This document shows positions 18,759 to 27,858 of a stretch of 34,285 nt of DNA, in pieces. Position numbers and translations under genes: made by a program. How positions within the stretch are numbered: the stretch's first letter is position 1; every line of letters begins with the position of its first letter. The notes beneath the pieces were generated by a model. That model was given only the letters and a program-made list of their open reading frames with translations. It ran no database searches and was not told the origin of the DNA. The DNA is from an uncultured delta proteobacterium (GTDB taxonomy: Bacteria; Desulfobacterota; Binatia; UBA9968): positions 1-34,285 of the forward strand of contig CAWJBB010000075.1 of the NCBI GenBank assembly GCA_963840855.1, written 5' to 3'.

Positions 18759-19061
18759 GCCGAGAAAGCGGCTTTAAACTGGTTCGTGTACACTTCGACG
18801 GTTGGGACCTTTGGGGAATCAGGGGAAAGGCCAGGCTTGTATGGGGGATTCTGCTGAAAAACCCTATCCTGATTTCGGGACAAGATCGAGAGTGTTCTCG
18901 GCTTCGACTGCCATGTCGATAAGTTCCTTTGGCGGCGTTCCCCACGTAACCAGCGCGCGATTGGACAAGGTGAGGCCGAAAGATGTTGTTTTCTCTGACA
19001 CGCCGTGAGCATAGGAAGAGGCCGCGCCATCTTTCAAGCGCTGCCTGTGCCGCTTTATAGA

Positions 19062-21758
19062 TCAGTTGTAGGGGATCATCTTGGATGATGTTCGTGAGTG
19101 TTCAATTAGAGACCCGACCTTTTCAACGAGGTCATCGACCGAATATGGTTTGTAAATGCAGTCCTTCACGCCGGCCTGGAAGAGTTCTGATTTCACTTGC
19201 GGCTCTAGATAACCGGTTGTGATGATAATCCTTATCCCCGGGTTTTGCTCCTTCAGCTCATGAATCACGTCAAAGCCGGTAATTTTGGGCAAGCCGAGAT
19301 CGAGCACCACGATATCAATCTCTTCTTTATGATGGTGATAAAGGTCTATCGCTTCTTCGCCGTCCATAGCAGTCAGGGTTTGGTAGCCCGCTTTCGACAA
19401 GACCTCTCTCAAAAGGCGAACCAGCGCCTCTTCGTCTTCGATCACGAGAACGGTTCCTCGACCACTAGCGTATTTTCGACTGGCGCCTTCCTTTTTCACT
19501 ATCTCATCAACCGAGGATTTTCCTTCCGCCCGAAGCACCGGCAAATAGAGCCGAAACGTGGTGCCGCCTCCAGGCTTACTTTCCACTTCGATGAAACCCT
19601 TATGCTCTTTGACGATGCCGTAGACGATTGCGAGTCCCAGCCCCGTCCCTTCACCGATTCCTTTAGTAGTGAAGAACGGCTCGAAAATTCGCTCCCGGAC
19701 TTCTTCTTTCATTCCCATCCCGGTATCGCTGATCACAATTGAGACATACGACTCCGTGCCGGCTTCGAGGCGGTGCTCCCGCGCTTTGTTTTCGTCGATC
19801 CTTTCCGTTCTGACTGTGAGTTTCCCGCCTGCCAGCATGGCGTCGCGCGCATTGACGCAAATATTGAGCAGCGCTTGGCTCAATTGATTTGAATCTGCCA
19901 TTACCGACGGCAGTCCAGGGTCAAGATCCAATGCGACGTCAATAATTTTGGGAAACGATTGTTTGATCAACTCGCTGATCGTCAAAACGAGGTCGTTGGC
20001 ATCGATGGGAGCTAACTGCGCTTTCGTCCTGCGCGCCACGGTCAAAAGTTGCCGCACCATGGACGTGCCGCGTTTGATTTGTTGGTCGATGGTTTTCAAA
20101 CTTTTGTCAATCTCCTGCTCGGTTAACTGTTCCTCGCCGATGAGCTCAGCGTAACCTTGGATAATAGTGAGGATATTGTTGAAATCATGCGCGATGCCGC
20201 CGGCCAGCGTCCCGATGCTTTCCATTTTTTGCGCGTGGCGGAGTTGCTCTTCAAGTTTTTTTTGCTCCTCGATGGTTCTTAATAGAGCCGCGTTGGCTTG
20301 CTTCAAATCGGCCGTGCGCTCCTGAACTCGCCTTTCGAGCTCTTCGTTGGCTTTGACCAAATCGCTTTTTGCTTGACGCACGAGTTCGTCCGCATGCTTT
20401 CGCTCCATAAACTGGCCGATCTGGCCGCCGATATCGCTGACCATTTGCAGGAAGCGATCGTCCGGTTCCCTAATCTCGCGGCTGAAGCATTCGATGACCC
20501 CAAGGGTCTTGTCTCCCAGTTTGATCGGGAAGCCAAAGGCACTATGTAGCCCCTCTTTGATCGCTACCGGCGCGCGTCTGAGATTGCTGTCCGTCGCCAC
20601 ATCGGGGATCCAGACCGCCCTGCCGGTGCTCCAAACTCGGCCTGGCAAATCAGTTTCACGAGTAAACCTGCCTTCTCTAGTGACGGCCTCGAACTGCGAT
20701 GCTTGTATTGACGGCGGATGCCACACCTCAAAGCAGCGTAATTCACCGCTAGCTCGATCCATGCTCCAAACGGCGCCCAGATCACATCCGGACCGTTCGC
20801 ATAACACCTGGACGATTTTGGCGGCAGCCTCTTTGAGAGCTGGAGATTCTGCCAAGATACGGCTCACTGCATCTTGAACCTCTAGAAGATGCTCGGCCCG
20901 CCGGCCCTCGGAAATGACTGCAGCAAGCACCAACGCCGCAATGGCGATAGTGCCCATAAAGGATTGCAGGTGCAGCAGCGATTCATTAGGGCTTGCATGG
21001 GCAAACGGACCAACGCCATTTAGCGTCCCGGCCAACGCGATCGCAGAGATGATAAACGCCGAAGTCACGGCGCCGCGCTGACCGAACCGGAACGCCGCCC
21101 ACAAAAGCGGCAAGAGCAGTATGTATTCCGAGCTAGAAGGGATGCCTAGTAAAAACACAAGGTAGGCAAGCAAGATCAGCGATAGCAGCAAACCTGCAGC
21201 CTCAACGATCCATTTGGTTTTCAATTGAAAATAAGGCGGTGTCAGCCAAATCAGCAGGATGGGGGTAACGATCAAATCGCCGACTGCATCGCCCAGCCAC
21301 CAGGTGAACCAGATGGCTGCGTACTGATTCCAGTGAGCGAAGCCACCCAGGGTCAAGCTGGTGACGCCGAAGGTCGCGCTAACCGCGGTGCTCAGAATCG
21401 GAGCGAGCAGGACGAACTTGAAAATGTTTCTCGCTCGTTCAAAGGCTTTCGTGCCATTGGCGAAGCGATTGATCGCCCAAGCGCCTAAAAGCGCCTCGAG
21501 CGTGTTACCGGCGGCAATGCCAAGTGTGGTTGCCACCGACCCTTGCGTGGTGATGTTCACCAGAAAGGCGCCGAGAAAAATTCCCGGCCAAAGTTTATAT
21601 CCCCAGAGGAGCAGTGCCGCCAAAGCTAACCCGGTCGGGGGCCAAACCGCAGAGGCACTCGCGTGTATATACGCCCATGAAAGCCCGAGCTTGCCGGCGC
21701 AGAAATAAACCGCGGCGAGCGCCAAAATCTCTGTCAACGTGCGGAACCCTGATCTCAT
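19062..21758 (-). CDS. Hybrid sensor histidine kinase (MASE1-GAF-HisKA-HATPase-REC)
   Basis: MASE1 motifs VWPPTG, GNTLEA, WWLGD; GAF; H-box GGIAHDFNN; G boxes DTGMG, GTGLGL; C-terminal receiver DLGLP...KP. Confidence 0.92.
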   Translation of the reverse strand: MRSGFRTLTEILALAAVYFCAGKLGLSWAYIHASASAVWPPTGLALAALLLWGYKLWPGIFLGAFLVNITTQGSVATTLGIAAGNTLEALLGAWAINRFANGTKAFERARNIFKFVLLAPILSTAVSATFGVTSLTLGGFAHWNQYAAIWFTWWLGDAVGDLIVTPILLIWLTPPYFQLKTKWIVEAAGLLLSLILLAYLVFLLGIPSSSEYILLLPLLWAAFRFGQRGAVTSAFIISAIALAGTLNGVGPFAHASPNESLLHLQSFMGTIAIAALVLAAVISEGRRAEHLLEVQDAVSRILAESPALKEAAAKIVQVLCERSGCDLGAVWSMDRASGELRCFEVWHPPSIQASQFEAVTREGRFTRETDLPGRVWSTGRAVWIPDVATDSNLRRAPVAIKEGLHSAFGFPIKLGDKTLGVIECFSREIREPDDRFLQMVSDIGGQIGQFMERKHADELVRQAKSDLVKANEELERRVQERTADLKQANAALLRTIEEQKKLEEQLRHAQKMESIGTLAGGIAHDFNNILTIIQGYAELIGEEQLTEQEIDKSLKTIDQQIKRGTSMVRQLLTVARRTKAQLAPIDANDLVLTISELIKQSFPKIIDVALDLDPGLPSVMADSNQLSQALLNICVNARDAMLAGGKLTVRTERIDENKAREHRLEAGTESYVSIVISDTGMGMKEEVRERIFEPFFTTKGIGEGTGLGLAIVYGIVKEHKGFIEVESKPGGGTTFRLYLPVLRAEGKSSVDEIVKKEGASRKYASGRGTVLVIEDEEALVRLLREVLSKAGYQTLTAMDGEEAIDLYHHHKEEIDIVVLDLGLPKITGFDVIHELKEQNPGIRIIITTGYLEPQVKSELFQAGVKDCIYKPYSVDDLVEKVGSLIEHSRTSSKMIPYN

Positions 21759-22064
21759 GTTTACATCTTTGCCTGTGGCCCGCAGGAGCTTATTTGTAGA
21801 GAAAATCTCGATCTCAATTGCTGTTTGGAGCGAAAGACGGACACCGAATCGTACACGGAACGATCACGCTCAGTTTTGGTTCCGTACTTTGATTGAGCCT
21901 TCAGCTAAGTTGTAAACGGCAAACTCTAAATGCTAGCTCGCTCCCATTTTTCCATATTGTCAATCCAATTCACCGAACGTTGAACATGTAAACCATTTGA
22001 ACCACGGCTGGATGCGTACGTATTGGACGGCTTAGGTGCGTCACCGAAGCGCAGCCATTCGATT

Positions 22065-23063
22065 TCAACGTGCCGAAATGACGGGACGGGAGTCAGGTAG
22101 GCGATTGGATGTGTCACCCTTGGAGATGTCGGGCCAAAAGACTTCGATCCGGTCTTTGCCATTGTGTTTGGCGGTATAAAGCGCTCGATCCGCGTCCTCT
22201 ATCATCTGGTTCGCATTGGCGTAGGGATGAATCGATGTGGAGCTAACACCTACGCTCAGCGTCAGGGAAAAGTAAGCATTGTTCGCGGAAAAGACCGATG
22301 AACGGATCTCGCCGAGAAGCCTTTCCGCGGCTGTTAGAGCATTTTCGTGATCGGTCTCGGGCAAGATAACAACGAATTCCTCGCCACCAAACCGTGATGG
22401 AAAATCGCTCTGGCGCGTAGTCGTGCGCAAGACCTGCGAGATCCTTACGAGAGCCGCATCACCGCCATTGTGACCGTAAGTGTCATTAATATCTTTGAAA
22501 TTGTCGATGTCGAGTATTAAAAGGGAGAGGGGATGACCATTGCGGCTCGCCCGCTCGAACTCGTCCGTGAGTCGTTTCTCGAACGCGCGGCGGTTGTACA
22601 GGCCCGTCAACGAGTCGGTCTGGGTCTGGTACTCCAGGTTCTGTTGGTATTGGACGATTCGCGATCCGACGCGAATCCGCGCCAGCAATTCGGAAAACGA
22701 AAATGGCTTCGTGACATAGTCGTCTGCCCCCGAGTCGAGTCCGCGGACCCGGTTCCCTTCTTGGATTAGGGCGGTGGTCAGGATGAGATAAAGATTCTTC
22801 AGATCAGCGTCGCTGCGAATAGCTTTGATCAATTCAAAGCCATCCATCTTGGGCATCATGACATCGGACAAGGCGATATGCACTTGCTCCGCTCGGAGCT
22901 TCTCGAGTGCTTCAACGCCGTTCGCCGCGGTAATGACGCGGTAGCCGTTGCGACGCAGACGCATGGCCAGCAAATCGCGTTGATCAGGAAGATCTTCGAT
23001 CACCAGGACGCAGAGTGAATTGCCCGCTTGTTGATTGTTATCCGTAGGATCTATTTTAGTCAT
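22065..23063 (-). CDS. Response regulator diguanylate cyclase (REC-GGDEF)
   Basis: REC with DVMMPKMDG and TKPF; DSLTGLYNRR; I-site RQSD; active site GGEEF. Confidence 0.92.
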   Translation of the reverse strand: MTKIDPTDNNQQAGNSLCVLVIEDLPDQRDLLAMRLRRNGYRVITAANGVEALEKLRAEQVHIALSDVMMPKMDGFELIKAIRSDADLKNLYLILTTALIQEGNRVRGLDSGADDYVTKPFSFSELLARIRVGSRIVQYQQNLEYQTQTDSLTGLYNRRAFEKRLTDEFERASRNGHPLSLLILDIDNFKDINDTYGHNGGDAALVRISQVLRTTTRQSDFPSRFGGEEFVVILPETDHENALTAAERLLGEIRSSVFSANNAYFSLTLSVGVSSTSIHPYANANQMIEDADRALYTAKHNGKDRIEVFWPDISKGDTSNRLPDSRPVISAR

Positions 23064-23570
23064 CCGTGTCTCTTGTTCTTTATATGACTCATCGGTCGGT
23101 ATCGCATTCTACTTAAGCGCCTTGGGTTTGCTGATTTCCATTTGAACCGTCCCGTTGCCCTCCACCATCAACGCCGGATAAAAGCGTTATAGGTAACTGG
23201 CGCTGCCCGCGGACTGCAAACCCGTTGGGGAAGCTTTAATTTTGAATGTCGCAAATGACCGTCCTGGGGTTTATTCTGCCCAGTCGCAAGCAAGACATTC
23301 GCTGCTGAGTCTTTGCGAACCATGGCCCTTGGGCGTGTGCTTTCATGAATGATACCACTACACTTCGGAGGCAGCCAATGGTCGTAAAGAAGTGAATCAG
23401 GAGATTGGTAGGTGTAGTCATGTTACCGTGGTTCCCTGGCGTGGCTTTTACGGAATATTTGGTGAGCCGCCGTTCGCTCAAGGAAGACCTCAAAACAGCC
23501 TGGCTGTCATGGAAAGAGACATTCTGGTTTGGAGCTAAGGACCACGAGAGAAAGCCGATGAACCCTTTGC

Positions 23571-24677
23571 TCACGTCGTGACAATCGTATAGGTGCGCAA
23601 GAGGTTTCCGTCCGGTTGCTTCCAGCTATCCCATAGACCGGCGAACGCGAACGACTCCCCGGACTTGAGTTTGAAGCGCATGGGAACCTTGTCCTTTCCT
23701 TCTTTCCGCCACTCGTAAAATCCATCGGCAAGAACGAGACAGCGGCGCGTCCCTAGCAGGTGTTTGAAAGCCGGTCTTTCGGTAAGCGTTTCAGCGCGGG
23801 CGTTGATCATCTCGTTACCGATGGCCGGATCTTTGGCCCACCAGGGGATCAATCCCCAGCGGAACAGCTCGAGGGTTCGTTTTCCCACGGCTTGAATGAT
23901 CACGGGCGCTTCTTGAGTCGGAGCGATGTTATAGCGGGGCTTTAAACCAAAGATTTCGTCAACATTCTTTCCGTTAGCATTCATTAGCGGCCCCCCCGTG
24001 GGATAGAGTCCATCCGGGCGCTGCTTGTTTAGCGCAGCGAATACCCTCTCGAAATCGTCCGTGCCTCGTACCTCCCAAGGCTGAATAGTCAACCTCAGTG
24101 CGCGCGCCGCGACTGGGAGAAGCTCTTTCACGTCGAGTACTTGGGCTGGAATGGCCGGATCGTAGAGAACCGCGACACGGGCAACTTTGGGAACGGCTTC
24201 TTTGAACAGCTCCAGCCGCTTCCCGCCTAGTTCTCTGTTAAGGTTTGTAAGCCCGGTGACGTTGCCGCCGGGACGGGCAAGGCTTTCAACCAGGCCTGCC
24301 TCGACGGGATCGGACCCACCCGACATAACAATGGGAATCGTCTTGGTCGCATTCTTGGCCGCCTGGATCATCGGGCTCCCTCCTGCGACCACAATGATAT
24401 CGACCTTGAGACGCACCAGCTCGGCCGCAAGCTCAGGGAGCCGATCGGGCTTCCCCTCCGCATATCGGTACTCGATGGCGATGTTCTGTCCTTCTATGTA
24501 GCCACGCTCGCGCAGAGCCAGCCGAATTGCCTCGGCACGGGCGGAGTCAGTAGCTGACTCGAGGTTTGATAGATAGCCTATCCGAGGGATTTTCTTCGGC
24601 TGCTGCGCCTCGGCTATGACTCCAACAGCAAGTAGAATCACTACGAACAGGATTGACGAGACCCCAGCTTTTTTCAT
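23571..24677 (-). pseudogene. In-frame chimera: N-terminal two-thirds of an ABC solute-binding protein (COG2984-like) fused to an internal SRAP/YedK fragment
   Basis: MKKAGV..AEAQQPKKIPRIGYL..DPVEAGLVESLARPGGNVTG..PLMNANGK | NVDEIFGLKPRYNIAPTQ..RWGLIPWW..INARAET..RCLVLADGFYEW..TYTIVTT*; junction ~23966. Confidence 0.85.
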
Positions 24678-24807
24678 TGCAGACACCATTTGCGTATTAC
24701 GCGGAAGGTAGCAGAGAAAAGTGACATTTACGACAGAAGGCAAAAAAGTATTCGTCGAGCGGAAAAACCAGATTTTTAGCCTGAGATTGAACTGAACGAC
24801 GCAACAG
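24585..24807. repeat. ~220 bp direct repeat, copy 2
   Basis: Closely similar to 13159-13378. Confidence 0.92.
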
Positions 24808-24845
24808 ATTGATCTCCACGAAAGATTGGCTCGTAGGGGAGATCT
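24785..24845 (+). repeat. Island palindromic site copy H (right end degenerate)
   Basis: GATTGAACTGAACGACGCAACAGATTGATCTCCACGAAAGATTGGCTCGTAGGGGAGATCT. Confidence 0.85.
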
Positions 24846-25118
24846 CTAAACGGAACGACGTTGCCGGCGCGGGCACCGGATGTGTCAGTGATATTTGTAA
24901 CTGATTTCGATTCAGGAGATTTCGGTGGGACTGATTCGGCTTTTTCTCTATGATCGCCTGCCGTCGATGACGAGATATTTAATTTGAACTTTCGGTGTTT
25001 AGTTTTGTGATTGGGCGGGGTGACCAGTTTCCGTGTAGGAGCCATCCTAAGATGACACCAGAAGAACGCCGGCCAAAACCGAGAACTTCATCCAGCATTG
25101 CCCGTAGAGGATTGCGTT

Positions 25119-25682
25119 CTATGGCGCGGGTGACTCCGCGTTGACCTCCCATAAATAGAGCGTGTGATGCCTTTCGATGTCGGGGTCCTTCCCCGGCTCA
25201 AGATTTACAACCCGCGTAGGTTTCCAGTCGTCGATGTCATAATCATGAGACACGATACGGGATCCCGGTTTGAGTTTCTGTAGCTTGGATCGAATCGCGT
25301 TGTTGAACCATTTGAACATGTAGAGTGTGACTACCGTTGCCTTGAAAATATCCGTTTGGGTCCCGTCCTCCGCGCGAAATTCCAGCAGATGGCTGACCCC
25401 TTCCTCTGTGGCCTTTTGTTTAGCCTCTGCTACTCGTTGTGGGTCCAAATCAACTCCGACGCCTCGCGTGCCATATTTTTTCGCGGCATGGATGAGTATA
25501 CGTCCATCGCCGCAGCCAAGGTCGTATATTACGTCGCCTTTCCTGACTCCAGCCAGTTCGAGCATACGCTCAACAACTGGCATCGTCGTGGGCACAAACG
25601 GGATGGGCTCTTGCGACCAGACAGTGGAGTTATTCAAAACGAATAGTAAAGCTGAGAATGATGCGATTTGCTTGAGCTTCAA
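25119..25682 (-). CDS. Class I SAM-dependent methyltransferase with a signal-peptide-like N-terminus
   Basis: IPFVPT...VVERMLELA, YDLGCGDGRI, ATVVTLY, LKPGSRIVSHDY; TTG start after GAGGTGG. Confidence 0.85.
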   Translation of the reverse strand: MKLKQIASFSALLFVLNNSTVWSQEPIPFVPTTMPVVERMLELAGVRKGDVIYDLGCGDGRILIHAAKKYGTRGVGVDLDPQRVAEAKQKATEEGVSHLLEFRAEDGTQTDIFKATVVTLYMFKWFNNAIRSKLQKLKPGSRIVSHDYDIDDWKPTRVVNLEPGKDPDIERHHTLYLWEVNAESPAP

Positions 25683-25845
25683 GTGGCCACCTCTCAGTCG
25701 TAAAATTTGGTTGTCATCCGTTCAGAATCGCATGAAATGTCAAACGACCCGTGGGTTGGAATCAGCATGAGTTAAGGTTAAGGGCCTAGGCCATTTTGCT
25801 GCGAATCTTTCCAAGCCTACCCGAAACTAAACGCTAATAGAAACT

Positions 25846-25866
25846 AGGGGTTATGTGCTAACCCCT
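25846..25866 (-). terminator. Hairpin overlapping the esterase stop codon (possible terminator)
   Basis: AGGGGTTA-TGTGC-TAACCCCT, followed by a weak T-rich tract on the minus strand. Confidence 0.35.
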
Positions 25867-26517
25867 CGTATTCAATACCTTCTCGTCTAACCAGGTCGAC
25901 AATTCGCGGAGGTTTGCCGGCGTGATATCATGTCCCATATCGTACTCGCGAAAAGTGAGCGGCAGTTTGAGCTGACGCAACCGTTCTACCGAGTCCCGCG
26001 CGCGGTCGACCTCTATCATGGAGTCTTGCGTGCCATGTTGGATTAGCGTTGGCAGCGCCTGGACTGCATCGCTCACGTTCAGCCGCGCTTCGAGCTCTTT
26101 CGGAAACCAACTGCTGAGGACGGCCAGCGCGGCAAATCGTTCTGGATGGCTCAAGGCGAGACTGTAGGACATGACGCCGCCCTGGCTGAAGCCGAGCAGC
26201 GCGAGCTTTTTTCGATCGATGGGATAGCTTGCCAGGCAGCGCTCAATGAAAGCCTCCAGTTCTCGCCGCGACGATAGCATGGCGTCGACATCCGGCGGGC
26301 CGCCCATGCTCATGGGATACCAGGCGAAACCGGTCATGCCTGGACCAATGGGCGTTTCCAACGGTCCCTGCGGGCAGATCATCAGAAATTTGCCGCCGCA
26401 CAGAAGCGGCGCCAGCCCCAACAGGTCCATGGCGTTGGCGCCCCGGCCATGCAGCGTCAAGATCGTAGGGAATGGGCCTTCACCCAGGGGTTGGTAAATC
26501 GTGTGAATCAGGTTCAC
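25858..26517 (-). CDS. Phospholipase/carboxylesterase (alpha/beta hydrolase)
   Basis: LHGRG, nucleophile GFSQGG, HGTQD, MGH catalytic motifs; GTG start after GGAGG. Confidence 0.9.
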   Translation of the reverse strand: MNLIHTIYQPLGEGPFPTILTLHGRGANAMDLLGLAPLLCGGKFLMICPQGPLETPIGPGMTGFAWYPMSMGGPPDVDAMLSSRRELEAFIERCLASYPIDRKKLALLGFSQGGVMSYSLALSHPERFAALAVLSSWFPKELEARLNVSDAVQALPTLIQHGTQDSMIEVDRARDSVERLRQLKLPLTFREYDMGHDITPANLRELSTWLDEKVLNTRG

Positions 26518-26550
26518 GGTTTCCTCCGTTCAAAGTTCGTTGAACTCCCG

Positions 26551-27780
26551 TCATTTTTCCAGCGTTTCGCGCGCCACGACCGCCAGCAGTACCGCGGCAA
26601 GAATCAACAGAGGGGCGTAGGCCAAAAACGGCACGCCGGGACTGAAACTATCGGCAAGAATTCCGCCGAGCAGCGGCGCGCCGACACCGCCGATCTCGGC
26701 GATGGTGCGGCGCAACGCTTGCAGCCGCCCGCGGGCGCCCGCCGGCACGACATCGTAAGTCGAGGTCGCGAGCGATCCCAGCGACAGTCCATTGGACACG
26801 CCGAGGAACGATAGCAGTATCGCCAACTGCAAAAACGACGTGGAGAACGGGATTAACAGGAACGCCAACGCAGGGATGCCCGTGCTCGGCACCGTCGCCC
26901 ATTTTCGTCCAACTTTGTCTATAACGAAGCCGGCGGGAAGGGTCATGACGAACACCGACAAACCGGAGATCGTGAAGAGCAGCCCGATATCCTTGGGCGT
27001 CATGCCGAGCTGAGCGCTGGCGAACACGGGGATCAGGCTTTGCGTAGTAATACGGTGCGCGAAGCTAGTCAAAGTCGCCAGCACAAGCACGACGTAAGTG
27101 GAGCGAAGGTCTGGATGGATCTGGTAAAACAAGTCGCGCAGGCCGCTGAGCCGCTGCCTCATCGCACCGATGCCCCAGCCTTTCACCTTGCTCTCGCTGG
27201 GCGACGAACGGTCGCCACGATGCCTGTTCTCTACCGTTAAACCGAAAATGACCGATATCCCGGCGCAGGCGCCGTAGGCGAGAAAGACGGCGCGAAAGCC
27301 GAGGGTTTCGGTAAGCCAGCCGCCGGCGAGCGGCCCGAATGCCAGACCAATGTAGTTAATGCCATGAAATCCGCTAAGCACGCGGCCTCGTTGGTCCGGG
27401 CGCACAAGATCGACGCCGGCCACTTCGCGGGCGATGACCCAAATGCTGTCGGCGATACCGATTAAAGAAACGGGAACCAACATTAAGCCAAACCAGGGTG
27501 TGATCGCCGCGAGCGCCGCGGCAACGCAAGCGATCGCCGGTCCGGCGATTAACGACGCGCGCGTCCCCAGCCGGTCCAAGATTACACCACTGATCGGCAT
27601 GCCCGCAAAGCGGCCGAGCGACAAAGCGGTAATGATCTGCGCCGCGGTCCCCGCTGAGATTTGAAAGGCCGATGACAGCACGGGTATTGCGGGGACGAGC
27701 ATCGCCCACATTCCCGACATCACCGTGCTGGCGTAGAGCGTTACGAGCGCGAGAACCGTGGATCGGGACGTTGAGTTCAT
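26551..27780 (-). CDS. MFS transporter
   Basis: About 12 TM segments; motif A GVILDRLGTR and GFVIDKVGRK. Confidence 0.88.
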   Translation of the reverse strand: MNSTSRSTVLALVTLYASTVMSGMWAMLVPAIPVLSSAFQISAGTAAQIITALSLGRFAGMPISGVILDRLGTRASLIAGPAIACVAAALAAITPWFGLMLVPVSLIGIADSIWVIAREVAGVDLVRPDQRGRVLSGFHGINYIGLAFGPLAGGWLTETLGFRAVFLAYGACAGISVIFGLTVENRHRGDRSSPSESKVKGWGIGAMRQRLSGLRDLFYQIHPDLRSTYVVLVLATLTSFAHRITTQSLIPVFASAQLGMTPKDIGLLFTISGLSVFVMTLPAGFVIDKVGRKWATVPSTGIPALAFLLIPFSTSFLQLAILLSFLGVSNGLSLGSLATSTYDVVPAGARGRLQALRRTIAEIGGVGAPLLGGILADSFSPGVPFLAYAPLLILAAVLLAVVARETLEK

Positions 27781-27858
27781 GAGCGATGCGACGAGGACGC
27801 GAGCCCGCGGATCATGATGTGTGGGATGGGGGCACTCGATTTTGTGAAGCGATTTTGA

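Noticed and set aside
18249-19030. Short ORFs around sites F and G (18249-18566, 18716-19030, 18731-18922)
   Set aside because: No recognisable family or convincing start; possibly gene debris, but I cannot support a call
13029-24845. CRISPR array or canonical integron interpretation of the repeated site
   Set aside because: Spacing is 0.3-6 kb and irregular, copies are degenerate, and no cas genes are present. Ends do not fit RYYYAAC/GTTRRRY and there is no intact intI.
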